Virus record (IMG/VR): IMGVR_UViG_3300045988_053918
Coordinates: 1 to 54,149 of that record
Strand: one strand, 5' to 3'
DNA: 54,149 nt
Origin: a virus
The translations under genes and the position numbers were made by a program. The notes under the pieces are model-generated. The model was given only the letters and a program-made list of their open reading frames with translations, was not told where the DNA came from and did no database searches. Shown in pieces: positions 1 to 8,616 of the stretch; the first letter of the stretch is position 1; every line of letters starts with the position of its first letter.

Positions 1-119
1 AAAACTGTTAATCTACTGGGGGTAGGTTGACATGCAAGAACAAATGTTCTATAATAACACCATCGCTACCAGCGTTATATCGTGCAATAAGGGGGATATA
101 TGGAGAATGAGGAATATAA
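1..119. repeat. Terminal direct repeat, copy 1 (identical to 54031..54149)
   Basis: Bases 1-119 recur base-for-base as the last 119 bases of the window. Confidence 0.95.
27..55 (+). promoter_or_regulatory. Consensus sigma-A/sigma-70 promoter
   Basis: TTGACA at 27-32, exactly 17-nt spacer, TATAAT at 50-55. Confidence 0.7.
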
Positions 120-207
120 ACAGAAGATAATTGAACTAATCAATAATTGTAATAATAATCATTGGCTAAAAACAATATACAGCTACATTAAAACACTTTT
201 AAGGTAA
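100..207 (+). CDS. 35-aa micro-ORF (MENEEYKQKIIELINNCNNNHWLKTIYSYIKTLLR)
   Basis: GGGGGA RBS just upstream of the ATG at 100; lies between the consensus promoter and the hairpin terminator; below the ORF-track cutoff. Confidence 0.45.
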   Translation: MENEEYKQKIIELINNCNNNHWLKTIYSYIKTLLR

Positions 208-213
208 AAGAAA

Positions 214-238
214 AAGACCGAGATTTTTTCTCGGTCTT
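214..238. terminator. Bidirectional rho-independent terminator
   Basis: 10-bp stem AAGACCGAGA / TCTCGGTCTT with a TTTTT loop; A-run upstream gives a U-tract for the - strand repressor gene. Confidence 0.7.
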
Positions 239-264
239 TGCTTATTCTCGGCTTAACAAATTTA

Positions 265-627
265 CTATCTCTCATTTATCAAGTCAATCAGTTTTTCCAA
301 ACTTTCCCAATCTTCTTTATTTAGCTTAGACAACGCAGATACAAGCCTATGTCTGAAATTGTCTTCACCGCTTCTTTGAATATCTCCAAGCATTTCAGCA
401 ATCTGTTCATCTTTGGATTTCTCTATAAACATTTCGCCATCGCCTGTCCGTAACCAATCTTCATTAACGGAAAATTCCCTACATATCAGTTTTATAGTCT
501 GTTCTGACGGATAATTTTCTCCGCTTTCCATTTTACAAACAGCAGAACGGGATACAGATAGTTTTTGAGCAAAATCAGTTTGACTTATATTCAAGCTATT
601 TCTGATTTTTTTAATTCTCTCATTCAT
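265..627 (-). CDS. XRE/CI-like HTH repressor
   Basis: MNERIKKIRNSLNISQTDFAQKLSVSRSAVCKMESGENYPS is a typical Cro/C1 HTH; GGAGG RBS supports the start at 627 rather than 663. Confidence 0.85.
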   Translation of the reverse strand: MNERIKKIRNSLNISQTDFAQKLSVSRSAVCKMESGENYPSEQTIKLICREFSVNEDWLRTGDGEMFIEKSKDEQIAEMLGDIQRSGEDNFRHRLVSALSKLNKEDWESLEKLIDLINER

Positions 628-666
628 AAGTAGTTCCTCCTTTCTTGAAAAGTATAATAACATAAA

Positions 667-728
667 ATGTACATTAAGTCAACAAAAAGCATTGACAATG
701 TATATTTAATGTGCTAGTATGTGTACAT
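667..728. promoter_or_regulatory. Early promoter and candidate operators of the genetic switch
   Basis: TTGACA 692-697, 17-nt spacer, TAGTAT 715-720; related palindromic sites ATGTACAT (667-674), ATGTATAT (698-705), GTGTACAT (721-728). Confidence 0.55.
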
Positions 729-755
729 CAGATGAGCAGAAAGGAAGTGAATTGA

Positions 756-902
756 ATGAGCGAAAAGGAAAAAGAAGTAGTTGAGAAGTTAAAAGAAGCA
801 ATTCCTAAGATGTCAGATTTTGACAAGGGTTATATTCTTGGCAAGGTCGAGAATATGGCAGAAAAAAGTGATAAGGAATGTAACAATGACAGAAAGGAGT
901 AA
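756..902 (+). CDS. 48-aa hypothetical protein, first gene of the early operon
   Basis: ATG 756 preceded by AAGGAAG; open to TAA 900-902; not in the ORF track (<60 aa). Confidence 0.5.
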   Translation: MSEKEKEVVEKLKEAIPKMSDFDKGYILGKVENMAEKSDKECNNDRKE

Positions 903-904
903 GA

Positions 905-1132
905 ATGGCAGAAGTCACAAGAAAAGCTATCCAAAATGAAATGACAAAAACGATAGAGGGAAGTTGCTTCTATGAAAAGCTTCACTACAACGGACAAGAT
1001 ATAAGCGAATTGATTGCTGACACGAAAGCATTAATTGCCCAACATAACTTATCCGTTTTAGAAGCCAAAGGGTTTTTAGATTATATGAAGATTATTCTTG
1101 ACAATTCTTCATATCTTCAAATTCAGAAATAG
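905..1132 (+). CDS. Hypothetical protein
   Basis: 75-aa ORF; AAGGAG RBS upstream of the ATG at 905. Confidence 0.6.
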   Translation: MAEVTRKAIQNEMTKTIEGSCFYEKLHYNGQDISELIADTKALIAQHNLSVLEAKGFLDYMKIILDNSSYLQIQK

Positions 1133-1331
1133 CCTTAATACAACATTCTTCAAAAGATGTATTGTCAGGCATTTCTTTAGCAGTCTTGAGTATAGATAAT
1201 ACTTTGTCAGAGTAAGGATATTCAAGACCACAGTTAGGGCAAATAATCTTGTCGGCAGATACACTTTCATTAACAGTATATCTATTGTGGCAAGTACAAG
1301 TTATTTGGAATTTTAGAAACATATTTTTCAC
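1092..1331 (-). CDS. Hypothetical zinc-ribbon protein
   Basis: CTCH...CPNCG cysteine pairs; AGAGGTG RBS on the - strand. Confidence 0.55.
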   Translation of the reverse strand: MKNMFLKFQITCTCHNRYTVNESVSADKIICPNCGLEYPYSDKVLSILKTAKEMPDNTSFEECCIKAISEFEDMKNCQE

Positions 1332-1384
1332 CTCTTTTCTATTAGGATAAGAGGATTATAGCACAAACGGATTAGAATTTTTGA

Positions 1385-1543
1385 TATTGATGCAATAGAA
1401 AAGTGATGGTAGCGGTAAATAGTTACAAACTTTTATTCAAACATCATTAGTTCTTTTTGACAGGAATAGCGTCCTGTTCGTATCAAGTGTGAACTACCTA
1501 CCAATTGAAAAGTGTCTACCATCACCTTTCTATTGTATCAATA
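1385..1543. repeat. Long-range inverted repeat (28-nt arms, 103-nt spacer)
   Basis: The reverse complement of 1385-1412 matches 1516-1543 at 26 of 28 positions; internal hairpin ACAGGA/TCCTGT. Confidence 0.8.
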
Positions 1544-1646
1544 AATATAAAGTTCTACAAGTTACAGCAGATAGGAATGAGCAGAATTGCTCAAATGCAC
1601 CTTAAAAGGTCAAAATATATCACACATTATTTAGAAAGGAATGTTT

Positions 1647-2354
1647 ATGGAGCTACAGATTTTTAGCAATTCAGAGTTTGGAGAAATCCGAACCATTACT
1701 AAAGATGATGAACCTATGTTTTGATTGGCTGATGTATGCAAGGCATTGGAAATCACACATGTTACAGATGTGAAAAATAGGCTTAAACAAGATGGGGTCG
1801 GTATTGCCGAGGTCATAGACAGCTTAGGAAGAAAACAGAAAGCTACATTTATTAATGAGAGCAACCTTTACAAGACAATCTTTCAGAGCCGTAAAGAAAG
1901 TGCAGAGAGATTTACAGAATGGGTTACATCAGAAGTGCTTCCATCAATTAGAAAGACAGGAAGTTACAGTAAGCCTTTGACAACATCTGAACAGATTAGA
2001 TTATTGGCACAGGGCAACACAGAACTCACAGAGAGAGTTGATAAGGTTGAAGATAAGATAACCAGTATCGAAGAAGAAACTCCGCTTTACGGCTGTGAGA
2101 TTGAAGAAGTGCAGAAACATGTTAGAAAGAAAGGAATTGAAGTACTTGGCGGAAAGGACAGCAATGCGTACAAAGACGGTGGTATTCGCGGTTCAGTATA
2201 TTCAGATATATACAAGCAGTTAAAACGCGAATTCGGGTGCGTGGCGACATACAAGAGTATTAAAAGAAAATACTTGGCTGATGTACACGAATTCATCGAC
2301 ACCTATTTGTTACCAATAGCACTTGCTGAAGTGGTGCATGATACAAACATGTAG
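1647..2354 (+). pseudogene. Bro-N / antirepressor (ANT-type) gene interrupted by an in-frame TGA
   Basis: ELQIFSNSEFGEIRTITKDDEPMF-TGA(1722-1724)-LADVCKALEI...FTEWVTSEVLPSIRKTGSY reads as one continuous Bro-N domain across the stop. Confidence 0.8.
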
Positions 2355-2362
2355 GAGAAGAT

Positions 2363-2884
2363 ATGAAAGAAAAAATAATTAACATATCCGCAACACTGGC
2401 AGGAATCAGCCTTATAGCGTTGATTCTAAGACCGGTACAGCCGCAAGCTAAGATTAATCAGCAGAGTGCAGTGTTAAGTGAATGCTACAACTCACATGTT
2501 GATTATAAGGTTGAAACTGGAGAGATAAGTGTTGATGAATATGAGCTGTCACTTATGGCACATTTACTGATGGGCGAATGCGGAGCGACATGCAACGATG
2601 ATGAAATGCTATATCTTGCAGGAGCCGTTGTTTTGAACCGAGTACAAAGTGAGTATTTTCCTAACAGCATTGAAGAAGTTATCTATCAATCAGGACAATA
2701 TCAATGTACAGAACTTAAAAACAGTGGATTCTATAAAGAGCCAACAGAAAGGTGTTGGAGAATAGCAGAAGAATTATTAATAAGCGGATATGACATACCT
2801 AGCAATGTGTTGTATCAAGCTGAATTTAAGCAAGGTAGCGGTGTTTATAAGAATGTGCAGAACATGTACTTTTGCTACAAGTAA
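2363..2884 (+). CDS. SleB/CwlJ-type cell wall hydrolase (Hydrolase_2-like) with N-terminal TM/signal segment
   Basis: LMGECGATCNDDEMLYLAGAVVLNRVQSEYFPNSIEEVIYQSGQYQC matches the SleB-family core; hydrophobic N-terminus. Confidence 0.75.
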   Translation: MKEKIINISATLAGISLIALILRPVQPQAKINQQSAVLSECYNSHVDYKVETGEISVDEYELSLMAHLLMGECGATCNDDEMLYLAGAVVLNRVQSEYFPNSIEEVIYQSGQYQCTELKNSGFYKEPTERCWRIAEELLISGYDIPSNVLYQAEFKQGSGVYKNVQNMYFCYK

Positions 2885-2893
2885 GGAGTGTTT

Positions 2894-3190
2894 ATGGAAG
2901 CAAGGATAAGAGAAGAAATGTTCAACTTAGGTATTCTCTCCAATAAAAAAGGTTACATCTACATAATTGAAGCTGTTAAACGGTTCAATTCTTCTATAAC
3001 AATGGAAGAAATTTACAATAGCATTGCCAGTACAGTAGGCAAGTCAAGATGTGCTGTTGAAAGGTCAATTAGAACAGCAATTAAATCAGCTAACCATGAT
3101 TTATCAGCATGGAAGAATTATGACTGTCTCACAGCAAGAGGGGTTATAACAACGATGTATTACAGACGTAAGGAGAATGCCAATGAGTAG
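2894..3190 (+). CDS. Spo0A C-terminal-domain-like DNA-binding protein
   Basis: LGILSNKKGYIYIIEAV...IYNSIASTVGKSRCAVERSIRTAIKSA resembles the Spo0A_C motif (GYxYL..AI...VERAIRHAI). Confidence 0.7.
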   Translation: MEARIREEMFNLGILSNKKGYIYIIEAVKRFNSSITMEEIYNSIASTVGKSRCAVERSIRTAIKSANHDLSAWKNYDCLTARGVITTMYYRRKENANE

Positions 3191-3335
3191 CATAAAAAGA
3201 ATTATTAAGCTGAACAGAAACAGGCAGAGAGCTATAAGAGAAAAGGATTTTAGAAAATTCTATACTTTCAGCTGCAAAATCCATTTGATTGAAAGAATGG
3301 ATAAAGTACCAATAGGAAGTTACATATTAAAGTAA
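3183..3335 (+). CDS. 50-aa basic hypothetical protein
   Basis: ATG overlaps the end of the previous gene; open to TAA 3333-3335; below the track cutoff. Confidence 0.4.
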   Translation: MSSIKRIIKLNRNRQRAIREKDFRKFYTFSCKIHLIERMDKVPIGSYILK

Positions 3336-3346
3336 GGAGAGGAAAA

Positions 3347-4003
3347 ATGGAAAATGTAATTAATAACAACAATATCACATTAGCAGGAGTAGTTGAGAAA
3401 GAGCCAGAGTACTCGCATGAAGTACTTGGCGAGGGGTTTTATGTGTTCATGCTCAAGTGTTCAAGAACAAGTGGTAACAAAGATATATTACCGGTAATTA
3501 TATCGGAAAGACTTACTGATATCACAGAAATTAAGGCGGGACAGGTTGTCACAGTTTTAGGGCAGATAAGGAGCTTCAACCGGCATGTTGATGATGTGAA
3601 GAGCAAGCTGATTTTATCTGTATTCGCAAGAGAGCTTGAAATACTAACACAGGACGCAACCGAACTACCATTTGAGGAAAATATTAATACAGTTATGCTT
3701 GACGCGCATATCTGCAAACCACCTATATACAGATGTACTCCAAAGGGCAGAGAGATTGCGGATATCTTAGTAGCAGTAAACAGACCATATGGCAAATCAG
3801 ATTACATACCATGTATAGCATGGGGAAGAAATGCGAGATTTGCAGGTGGGCTTGAAGTTGGAGAACACATTCAGATCCAGGGAAGATTCCAGAGCAGAGA
3901 GTACGCTAAGAAGATAAGTGACAATGAGATTGAAACAAGGGTTGCTTATGAAGTATCAGTAAGCAGAATTGATTACGCAGAGGAGGGTGAAGCCAATGCA
4001 TAG
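3347..4003 (+). CDS. Tandem OB-fold ssDNA-binding-like protein
   Basis: Two SSB-like halves (ITLAGVVEKEPE...; ...IPCIAWGRNARFAGGLEVGEHIQIQGRFQSREY); GGAGAGG RBS. Confidence 0.55.
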   Translation: MENVINNNNITLAGVVEKEPEYSHEVLGEGFYVFMLKCSRTSGNKDILPVIISERLTDITEIKAGQVVTVLGQIRSFNRHVDDVKSKLILSVFARELEILTQDATELPFEENINTVMLDAHICKPPIYRCTPKGREIADILVAVNRPYGKSDYIPCIAWGRNARFAGGLEVGEHIQIQGRFQSREYAKKISDNEIETRVAYEVSVSRIDYAEEGEANA

Positions 4004-4187
4004 TGATATTACAGTTAGAGATTTAGCAAGTATGGCTATTGATGAAGATGTGGTATGCCAGATATGGACACCGCAATACGGAACAGTATTTAATGGTTCG
4101 TTTGAGGAAGCTAAGTATTCAGCCTATGCGGATAGGGAGATTGATAACTTCCAAGTTGAAGATGGTGTATTTGTTATGAATATATAA
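3996..4187 (+). CDS. Hypothetical protein
   Basis: GAGGAGGG RBS 8 nt upstream of the ATG at 3996. Confidence 0.55.
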   Translation: MHSDITVRDLASMAIDEDVVCQIWTPQYGTVFNGSFEEAKYSAYADREIDNFQVEDGVFVMNI

Positions 4188-4235
4188 ATAAGGAAAGGAT
4201 ATTGTTTATGAGAGCAACTTTAAAAAGGATAGCAC

Positions 4236-5383
4236 TTGAGTTCAGATGTCCTTGATTTGAAGTTTAAGCAGGGAGACTTATTACGCAAAGCTAATGAGGA
4301 AAATGTTAAGGCTAGGAGAGGTCTTGAATCACAGATTAGCAACCTTAGTTATGTGATTGAGGATAGCAGAAAATCAATCGGCAACGCAGAAAATGTAGTT
4401 GGTTTTGATAAGAATAAGGTAGCTGAATATCAGAAAATGCTTGATGATAGCAGAACCGAATGGAAAGCTGAAAAAGAGCGTACATTTGACGAAAGTAGCC
4501 TTATTTGCCCTTATTGTAAGCAGGAATACCCGGAGGATAAAAAAGAGGAATTAAGGGCAGATTTTAAGGCGCATAAAAAAATGAACTTAACAGAATTACT
4601 GATAAGGGCAACACAGCTAAGGAAATGCTTGATGAAGCTAAAAAGGCATTAGATGAAGCTGAACAGGAATTGACCGACAGAAAGCAGAGGTTAGAAAAGC
4701 ATTTAGTTGATTTAGCAGACATTAAAAAGCAGTTATCAGAGCTTCCACAGGAAATTGATGTGTCAACTACCGAGGAATACAAGGTGCTCGAACAGCAGAT
4801 TGCAGAAAAAGAACAGGCTATGCACAAGGCTAACGATATTTCAGCAGTTAAGGCAGAATTAAAGGCACAGGAAACAGCTTTAAGGCAGCAGTTAGCAGAA
4901 TGTGAAAGCCAGATTGTAAAGTCTGATACGGCAGCAGATGAACAGCGACTTGAAGAATTAAGGCAGATAAGGACTGATTCTGAACAGAATAAGACTAATG
5001 CCGAGAAAATTCTTGATTTACTTGATGAACTGGATAAGGCGAAGAATGAAGCCTTGACAGAAGCAGTAAACAGCCATTTTGGGTTAGTTAAGTGGCAGTT
5101 ATTTGAATATGCCAAGAATGGTAATTACAAGAGTTGTTGCATACCTACAGTTGATGGAAAGAGCATTTTAACAACTATGAGCAATAAGGGTAACAGAATA
5201 CTTGGCAGAATTGATATTTGTAATTCTATTCAGAAGATTAGTGGTATATCAGTACCTATTGTTTTAGATGATTCTGAAAGTCTTAGTACAGATAATCAGA
5301 AGAAAGTTGCTGAAATGGTGGATAGTCAGTTGATTATGCTGATTGTCAATGATAGCGAGAAATTAGAGATTGTGGAGGGATAA
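4236..5383 (+). pseudogene. Rad50/SbcC-like coiled-coil ATPase remnant (zinc hook and Walker B head; frameshifted; no Walker A head)
   Basis: CPYC hook inside long coiled coils; C-terminal VPIVLDDSESL; reading frame breaks at the A7 run 4574-4580 (FKAHKK / NELNRITDKGNTAKEMLDEAKK). Confidence 0.6.
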
Positions 5384-5384
5384 T

Positions 5385-5648
5385 ATGACGAAATTAAGAG
5401 TTTGGCATAATTGCCAAGTAGGAGCGGTTAAAAACTTTTATGTCGAAGTTGAAAGCATTGAACAGGCTTGGAAAATCCTTAATACATTATGGAATTATGA
5501 TTTATTTCAGTATGAAAACAACATAAAGCCAGATTACTGTAATGCTTCTGGACTTGAATATTTTGATGAAGAAGAACAGGAATGGTGCGAGTGGCACGAT
5601 GATGACGGATTGGATATAAAAGAACATTTTGAAGAAAGTGAGGAATAA
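5385..5648 (+). CDS. Hypothetical acidic protein
   Basis: GGAGGG RBS before the ATG at 5385. Confidence 0.6.
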   Translation: MTKLRVWHNCQVGAVKNFYVEVESIEQAWKILNTLWNYDLFQYENNIKPDYCNASGLEYFDEEEQEWCEWHDDDGLDIKEHFEESEE

Positions 5649-5650
5649 TT

Positions 5651-6394
5651 ATGGCAGAGAATACACAGATAGTTGAGTATGAATCAAATGGGGAAATGGT
5701 AAAAATTTCTCCAACAATGATAAAAAGATACCTTGTAAGTGGCGGTGGTAATGTATCTGACGGAGAACTAATGATGTTCATGTCATTATGCAGATACCAG
5801 CACTTAAATCCGTTTTTGAGAGAAGTATACCTTATTAAGTATGGAAGCAACGACCCAGCCACAATAGTTACTGGAAAAGATGTTTTTACAAAGAGAGCCA
5901 ATGCGGACCCACGATATAAAGGAAAGAAAGCAGGAATTATTGTAATTAAAAAGGACGGAGCTGTTGAAGAGCGAGAGGGAACAATGGTTTTACCTAACGA
6001 AACTATCGTAGGTGGCTGGGCGAAAATCTTTATTGACGGAAAAGAGGACGAGTATCAGTCAGTAGGCTTTGATGAGTACGCAGGAAGAAAAAAAGATGGT
6101 TCGCTTAACAGCCAATGGGCGAAAAAGCCAGCCACAATGATTAGAAAAGTAGCTGTTGTGCAGGCCTTAAGAGAAGCATTTCCAGATAGATTTCAAGGTT
6201 TATATGCACAAGAGGAATTTCGAAATGTATCAGATGTAAAACTTGATACAGAAAAGGTTGTTGCTGATGAAATCAAAGAAAATGCAAATAGTGTAGATTT
6301 TGATGAGGACAACATAATTGATGTAGAGCCGACCGGCACAGCCGACAAGCAGTCAGAGGAACTACCACCATTCATGCAGAGTGAGGAGAGCTGA
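5651..6394 (+). CDS. recT: RecT-family single-strand annealing recombinase
   Basis: LCRYQHLNPFLREVYLIKYG...QWAKKPATMIRKVAVVQALREAFP. Confidence 0.9.
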   Translation: MAENTQIVEYESNGEMVKISPTMIKRYLVSGGGNVSDGELMMFMSLCRYQHLNPFLREVYLIKYGSNDPATIVTGKDVFTKRANADPRYKGKKAGIIVIKKDGAVEEREGTMVLPNETIVGGWAKIFIDGKEDEYQSVGFDEYAGRKKDGSLNSQWAKKPATMIRKVAVVQALREAFPDRFQGLYAQEEFRNVSDVKLDTEKVVADEIKENANSVDFDEDNIIDVEPTGTADKQSEELPPFMQSEES

Positions 6395-6395
6395 T

Positions 6396-6704
6396 ATGAG
6401 AGTAATTTCACAGCATAGCAATGTTGATTTGCCTTATGAGCAGATAGTTGTGTGCCACGCAATGGAGAGCGTTATAGCACTATACAATGGAGAGAAATAC
6501 GTATTAGGCGTGTACTCTTCCAAAGAGAAATCGTATAAGGCTATGAAAATGCTTAAGGAGTATTATGGTTTGCTTTCGTTTATGAAGCTTATAGCAGGTG
6601 CGACAAAATATGAAAGCTTTATTAGAAGCTTTACCGAAGATGGTTTTATCAAAGCTACAACAGAGTACTTTCAGTTCCCACAGGATGATGAAATCGAGGT
6701 GTGA
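6396..6704 (+). CDS. Hypothetical protein
   Basis: GAGGAG RBS before the ATG at 6396. Confidence 0.6.
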   Translation: MRVISQHSNVDLPYEQIVVCHAMESVIALYNGEKYVLGVYSSKEKSYKAMKMLKEYYGLLSFMKLIAGATKYESFIRSFTEDGFIKATTEYFQFPQDDEIEV

Positions 6705-6706
6705 GT

Positions 6707-6883
6707 ATGAAACAAAATCCAATAATATGTGCGTGCGAATTGTGCGGAAAACCACAACCAAAAGACGAATCACTTTCTAATGAGAATTGGAATGTTTATG
6801 ACACAAAAGCTGTTTGTGAGTGTGGTGGAAAATTCAAAATAATGTTAAGAGAAGATGCGGAGAAATTAAGGAATGAAACTTAA
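6707..6883 (+). CDS. Small Cys-rich protein
   Basis: CACELCG...CECGG; GAGGTG RBS. Confidence 0.55.
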   Translation: MKQNPIICACELCGKPQPKDESLSNENWNVYDTKAVCECGGKFKIMLREDAEKLRNET

Positions 6884-7624
6884 ATGTATCGCCACAGGAA
6901 GTACAGGAAATTGCTACACCTTAACTTCCAACAGCGGAGAAACACTTATCCTTGATTGTGGAATACCGATTAAGGAGATTAAAAAAGGCTTGAATTGGAA
7001 CATAAGGGGGATAAGGGGCATGATAATAAGTCATGCCCACCTCTAGACCATAGCAAGTCATTAAACGATTTTAAGTCAATGGGAATACCAATTTATGCAC
7101 CATATATACAATACGCACAACATGAGGGCATACATCGTTACCACACGATACCATTTAGCGGTTTTAAAGTTAAGGCATTTGACCTAACAACAATAGACGG
7201 AAATTGGACACATACAGACGCAGACGGAACACCTTGCCCGATATATGGCTTTCTGATTACTCACAAGGAAATGGGAAGAATGCTTTACATAACCGATTGT
7301 GAGGTTGTCAAGTGGAAGTTTAAAGACATAAACCACATTCTCTTAGGTGTGAATTATGACAAGGATTTAATTGACAGGGATAACACAGGCAAAGCTAATC
7401 ACGTTTTCAGAGGCCACTTATCCATTGACACGGCTTGCGATTTTGTTAAAGCAAATTATTCAGATAGCTTGCAGAATGTCATAATGTGCCATCTATCAAG
7501 TGAAAATTCTGATAGAGATAGTTTTATCGAGAAGATGAAAAAAGTTGCTTACGGGGCGAATGTGGATGTTGCAGAGTGCAACAAGGAATGGCTACTTGCT
7601 AATCCTAATGAGTGTCCGTTTTAG
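6873..7624 (+). pseudogene. MBL-fold metallo-hydrolase, frameshifted inside the HxHxDH motif
   Basis: MKLKCIATGSTGNCYTLTS...MIISHAH then CTCT at 7041-7044; removing one CT restores SHAHLDHSKS and joins to ORF 6995..7624. Confidence 0.8.
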
Positions 7625-7636
7625 AAAGGAGATCAT

Positions 7637-7789
7637 ATGGCTAAATACAGAGATATTTTAGGAAATATAACAGAATGTGAGGATAAAACAATAACAATCA
7701 GCCTTGAAAGATACAATACTTTGATTATTAAAGAAGCTATTGCCGATTGTCTTGTAGAAATTAAGAAGAAAGAGAAAGAAGATAATTAA
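7637..7789 (+). CDS. 50-aa hypothetical protein
   Basis: AAAGGAG RBS; ATG 7637; TAA 7787-7789; fills the gap otherwise occupied only by an antisense ORF. Confidence 0.55.
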   Translation: MAKYRDILGNITECEDKTITISLERYNTLIIKEAIADCLVEIKKKEKEDN

Positions 7790-7806
7790 GAGGGAAAGGA
7801 GCAGTA

Positions 7807-8265
7807 ATGGAGAGATTAACAGATAAAAATGCTGTTGGAAATTACTTCTATCCGAAATGCTTTGAAAAGTGTGACGGATTGGGAGCAAGTAGCAAATGTG
7901 ATAACTGTGAGATTATGACAAGCATTTGTGAGAAGTTAGGTAAATATGAGGACTTAGAAGAACAGGGCAGACTTGTAAAATTGCCTTGCAAAGTAGGAGA
8001 TACAGTTTGGCAGATAATGGTTGTAGGAGTACAGGGCAAAAATATTAAATATGGTATTTTTAAGGCGGTAGTCACAAAAATATCTGCTGATTATCAGATG
8101 AATTTTCTGCTTTCCACAATTACAGAAGATAAGGAAAGATATAGAAACGAAGTAACATCTACAGCAATTGGAGATACTATGTTTTTTACAAAATCCGAAG
8201 CTGAAGCAAAACTGAAAGAATTGAGAGGTGGAGAAAATGACAGAGAAACAGAAATATGCAATTAA
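7807..8265 (+). CDS. Hypothetical protein (Cys-rich N-terminus)
   Basis: AAGGAG RBS; 152-aa ORF. Confidence 0.6.
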   Translation: MERLTDKNAVGNYFYPKCFEKCDGLGASSKCDNCEIMTSICEKLGKYEDLEEQGRLVKLPCKVGDTVWQIMVVGVQGKNIKYGIFKAVVTKISADYQMNFLLSTITEDKERYRNEVTSTAIGDTMFFTKSEAEAKLKELRGGENDRETEICN

Positions 8266-8608
8266 ATTAGCCATAGACACTATGGATAAGTATGTCAGTA
8301 GATATTGGAACACGAGTTACGGAAGCCGTAAAACAGGCGTAAGTGTTGGATATGGTGAAGCAATAAACATTTTGTCAGATATGCTTTCAAATGTCGATAG
8401 TCACACTTGTAACTGCCAGCACAACAGCAATTCAAAAGATAATGAGCCTTGTTGCAGATGTGATAGCAGACAGACCAATGCCGACAGGATAAGGAATATG
8501 TCAGATGAAGAGTTAGCAGAGTTTCTTATAGCTTTTAAGAACACATTTGGCGAAGAATGCGAGGGAGAAGCTAGTTGTATGGAATGGCTTCGGTCAGAAG
8601 CAGAATAG
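8237..8608 (+). CDS. Hypothetical protein
   Basis: GAGGTGGAG RBS before the ATG at 8237. Confidence 0.6.
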   Translation: MTEKQKYAIKLAIDTMDKYVSRYWNTSYGSRKTGVSVGYGEAINILSDMLSNVDSHTCNCQHNSNSKDNEPCCRCDSRQTNADRIRNMSDEELAEFLIAFKNTFGEECEGEASCMEWLRSEAE

Positions 8609-8616
8609 GAGAGAAC

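Noticed and set aside
1631-1864. ORF 1631..1864 (-)
   Set aside because: It is antisense to the clearly recognisable Bro-N domain coding sequence.
4564-5115. Long antisense ORFs: 4564..5115(-), 35433..35978(-), 47998..48567(-), 48691..49146(-), 3439..3795(-) and 7954..8313(-)
   Set aside because: Each lies opposite a well-supported gene with a repetitive or coiled-coil codon pattern. All are Ser/Leu/Cys-rich mirror-frame artefacts.
7658-7888. ORF 7658..7888 (-) and ORF 29631..29930 (-)
   Set aside because: Better-supported + strand micro-ORFs with strong RBSs occupy these intervals (7637..7789 and 29745..29921), and every neighbouring gene is on the + strand.
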